Below, piece by piece: positions 62,680-64,000 of a DNA stretch of 64,000 bases (its first letter is position 1; every line of letters starts with the position of its first letter). The notes below the pieces were generated by a model. The model searched no databases. It worked only from the letters and a program-made list of their open reading frames with translations, and had not been told where the DNA came from. The position numbers and the translations under genes were made by a program. The stretch comes from Octopus sinensis (lineage: Eukaryota). The stretch is from positions 1,240,001-1,304,000 of the forward strand of contig NC_043016.1 in assembly GCF_006345805.1 (NCBI RefSeq), read 5' to 3'.

Positions 62680-62940
62680 TACCAACACGCCGAACAGGAA
62701 CACAGGGGATCAATCAACAACATAGAAGTTAAAATCTGGTCCACACATAGAACAGATGCAACAATCAGACAAATTACAGAAGCTACACACATAATAGAAG
62801 ATAAACCTAGCCTAAATAGGAAACTGGAATGGAACACTAGCACACACCACAACATATGACAGAAGAGGATCCCCATAAACTAGTTACAATATAAACAAAA
62901 CCGAAAACATTAAAATACACAGATAAATAAACAAATAGAA
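62680..62940 (+). mobile_element. PLE GIY-YIG C-terminal fragment
   Basis: IEVKIWSTHRTDATIRQITEATHIIEDKPSLNRKLEW fits the R...EA..I....P.LN end of GIY-YIG domains. Confidence 0.55.
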
Positions 62941-63404
62941 ATAAATAACTTATGTAAGTTTTTTTGTTTAATTTAAAAGATTTTTTATTTATTATTATTA
63001 TTATCATTATCATTATTATTATTATTATTGAGTGAGAGAGCAGTACATGCTATCAAAGTGACCTGGGGGTAAATATACGAAGCCCAATATACCCATCATG
63101 ACTACCGTCTGATAAAGGTACACCAGGCACATGCATCACAACCATATGTGCGCGACATGGTGATCTCATATCAAGATAAACAGCACATGACCTTGCAGTG
63201 GGCCCAGTTAGAATTTTCTTCAGGTTGAGTAGCCCATCCCGCTCAAAAGGTCTCTGAATAAGGGTTGTTTAAGGATGTTGAAAGAACCACCCATGTTTTC
63301 AGAGGTGAATTATTCAAACCCCAAAGAATCCCCCCAACACATGGCCATGATGCTCCCCCACTACTTCTGCTCGTGATCAGAGATGCATATATCGTCTATT
63401 ATTA

Positions 63405-63477
<73 letters not shown>

Positions 63478-64000
63478 TAGTATTATTGTTATACATACAT
63501 GCACACAAGCATACGTAATGATAATAATAATATGTGGATGTAAACACATGAACAAAATAAGAATAAACAAAAACAACAACAAAAACAAATTACACGAACG
63601 TATATAAATAGAAGTTACAAATATTACAGGCATCCCCCCCCACTAACTAAACATAGACGCACATAGAGATATAAGCGTGCGCAAATGAAGACATACAATA
63701 GAAATACAAAATGGCTGACGGTTAGTAAGGAGAGACACAAATAAGAAAGAAGAAAACAAAGGACCACTGATGCGGCCACGGGAGTGTGACGAAAGAACGC
63801 TGGCCGAAATAAGATTAAGATTAATGTAAAAAATAAATAACACTGACGCAAAGGAACACCAAATATATAGTGCGTGTGTTTTTATTGGCTAAACTGGCAA
63901 AATGACCATTCCGAAATATAACAATATATATATGTCATACTGTATCTGGAGAAAGTCATTCTGTTTTAATGCCGCATTACTTAACACACTCACCGGTTCA

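Noticed and set aside
63020-63390. Probable interspersed repeat of unknown class
   Set aside because: It looks like a dispersed repeat between ATT tracts, but it has no second copy in the window and no diagnostic termini or coding motif.
63762-63815. CTGATGC-ggcca...tggcc-GAAA on plus
   Set aside because: A9 is mutated and no stem III, cleavage triplet or stem I partner follows; at best a relic.

Overview
Eukaryotic, repeat-saturated non-coding DNA, most likely an octopus or other coleoid cephalopod intron or intergenic region. That assignment is inferred from the tRNA-derived SINE families and the very dense TA/CA/TATG/GATA/AAT microsatellites. I cannot support any host protein-coding gene. 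Nearly all ORF-track entries are microsatellite read-throughs or transposon remnants. The window holds R4/Dong-type restriction-like-endonuclease (REL) LINEs, RTE, CR1 and L1/Tx1 LINEs, several Penelope-like element (PLE; RT + GIY-YIG) families, Helitrons, mariner/maT remnants, a TTAA-flanked MITE, many SINEs and a ~46-bp minisatellite. The most interesting signal is structural RNA. About nine minimal type-I hammerhead ribozyme (HHR) motifs with a traceable stem I/II/III fold, plus several variant or decayed ones, sit in PLE pseudo-LTRs and in short (TA)n-embedded foldback elements. They include U3:A8 covariant cores and palindromic stem III. Other notable points: a 24-nt 3' tail shared by the main SINE and a CR1-type LINE, a head-to-tail train of Dong-type LINEs on (AAT)n, a REL-LINE embedded in (CATA)n with its own 3' terminus reiterated, and a GC-rich full-length RTE. 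All coordinates and folds were derived by hand; no alignments, folding programs or database searches were run, so element boundaries are approximate.
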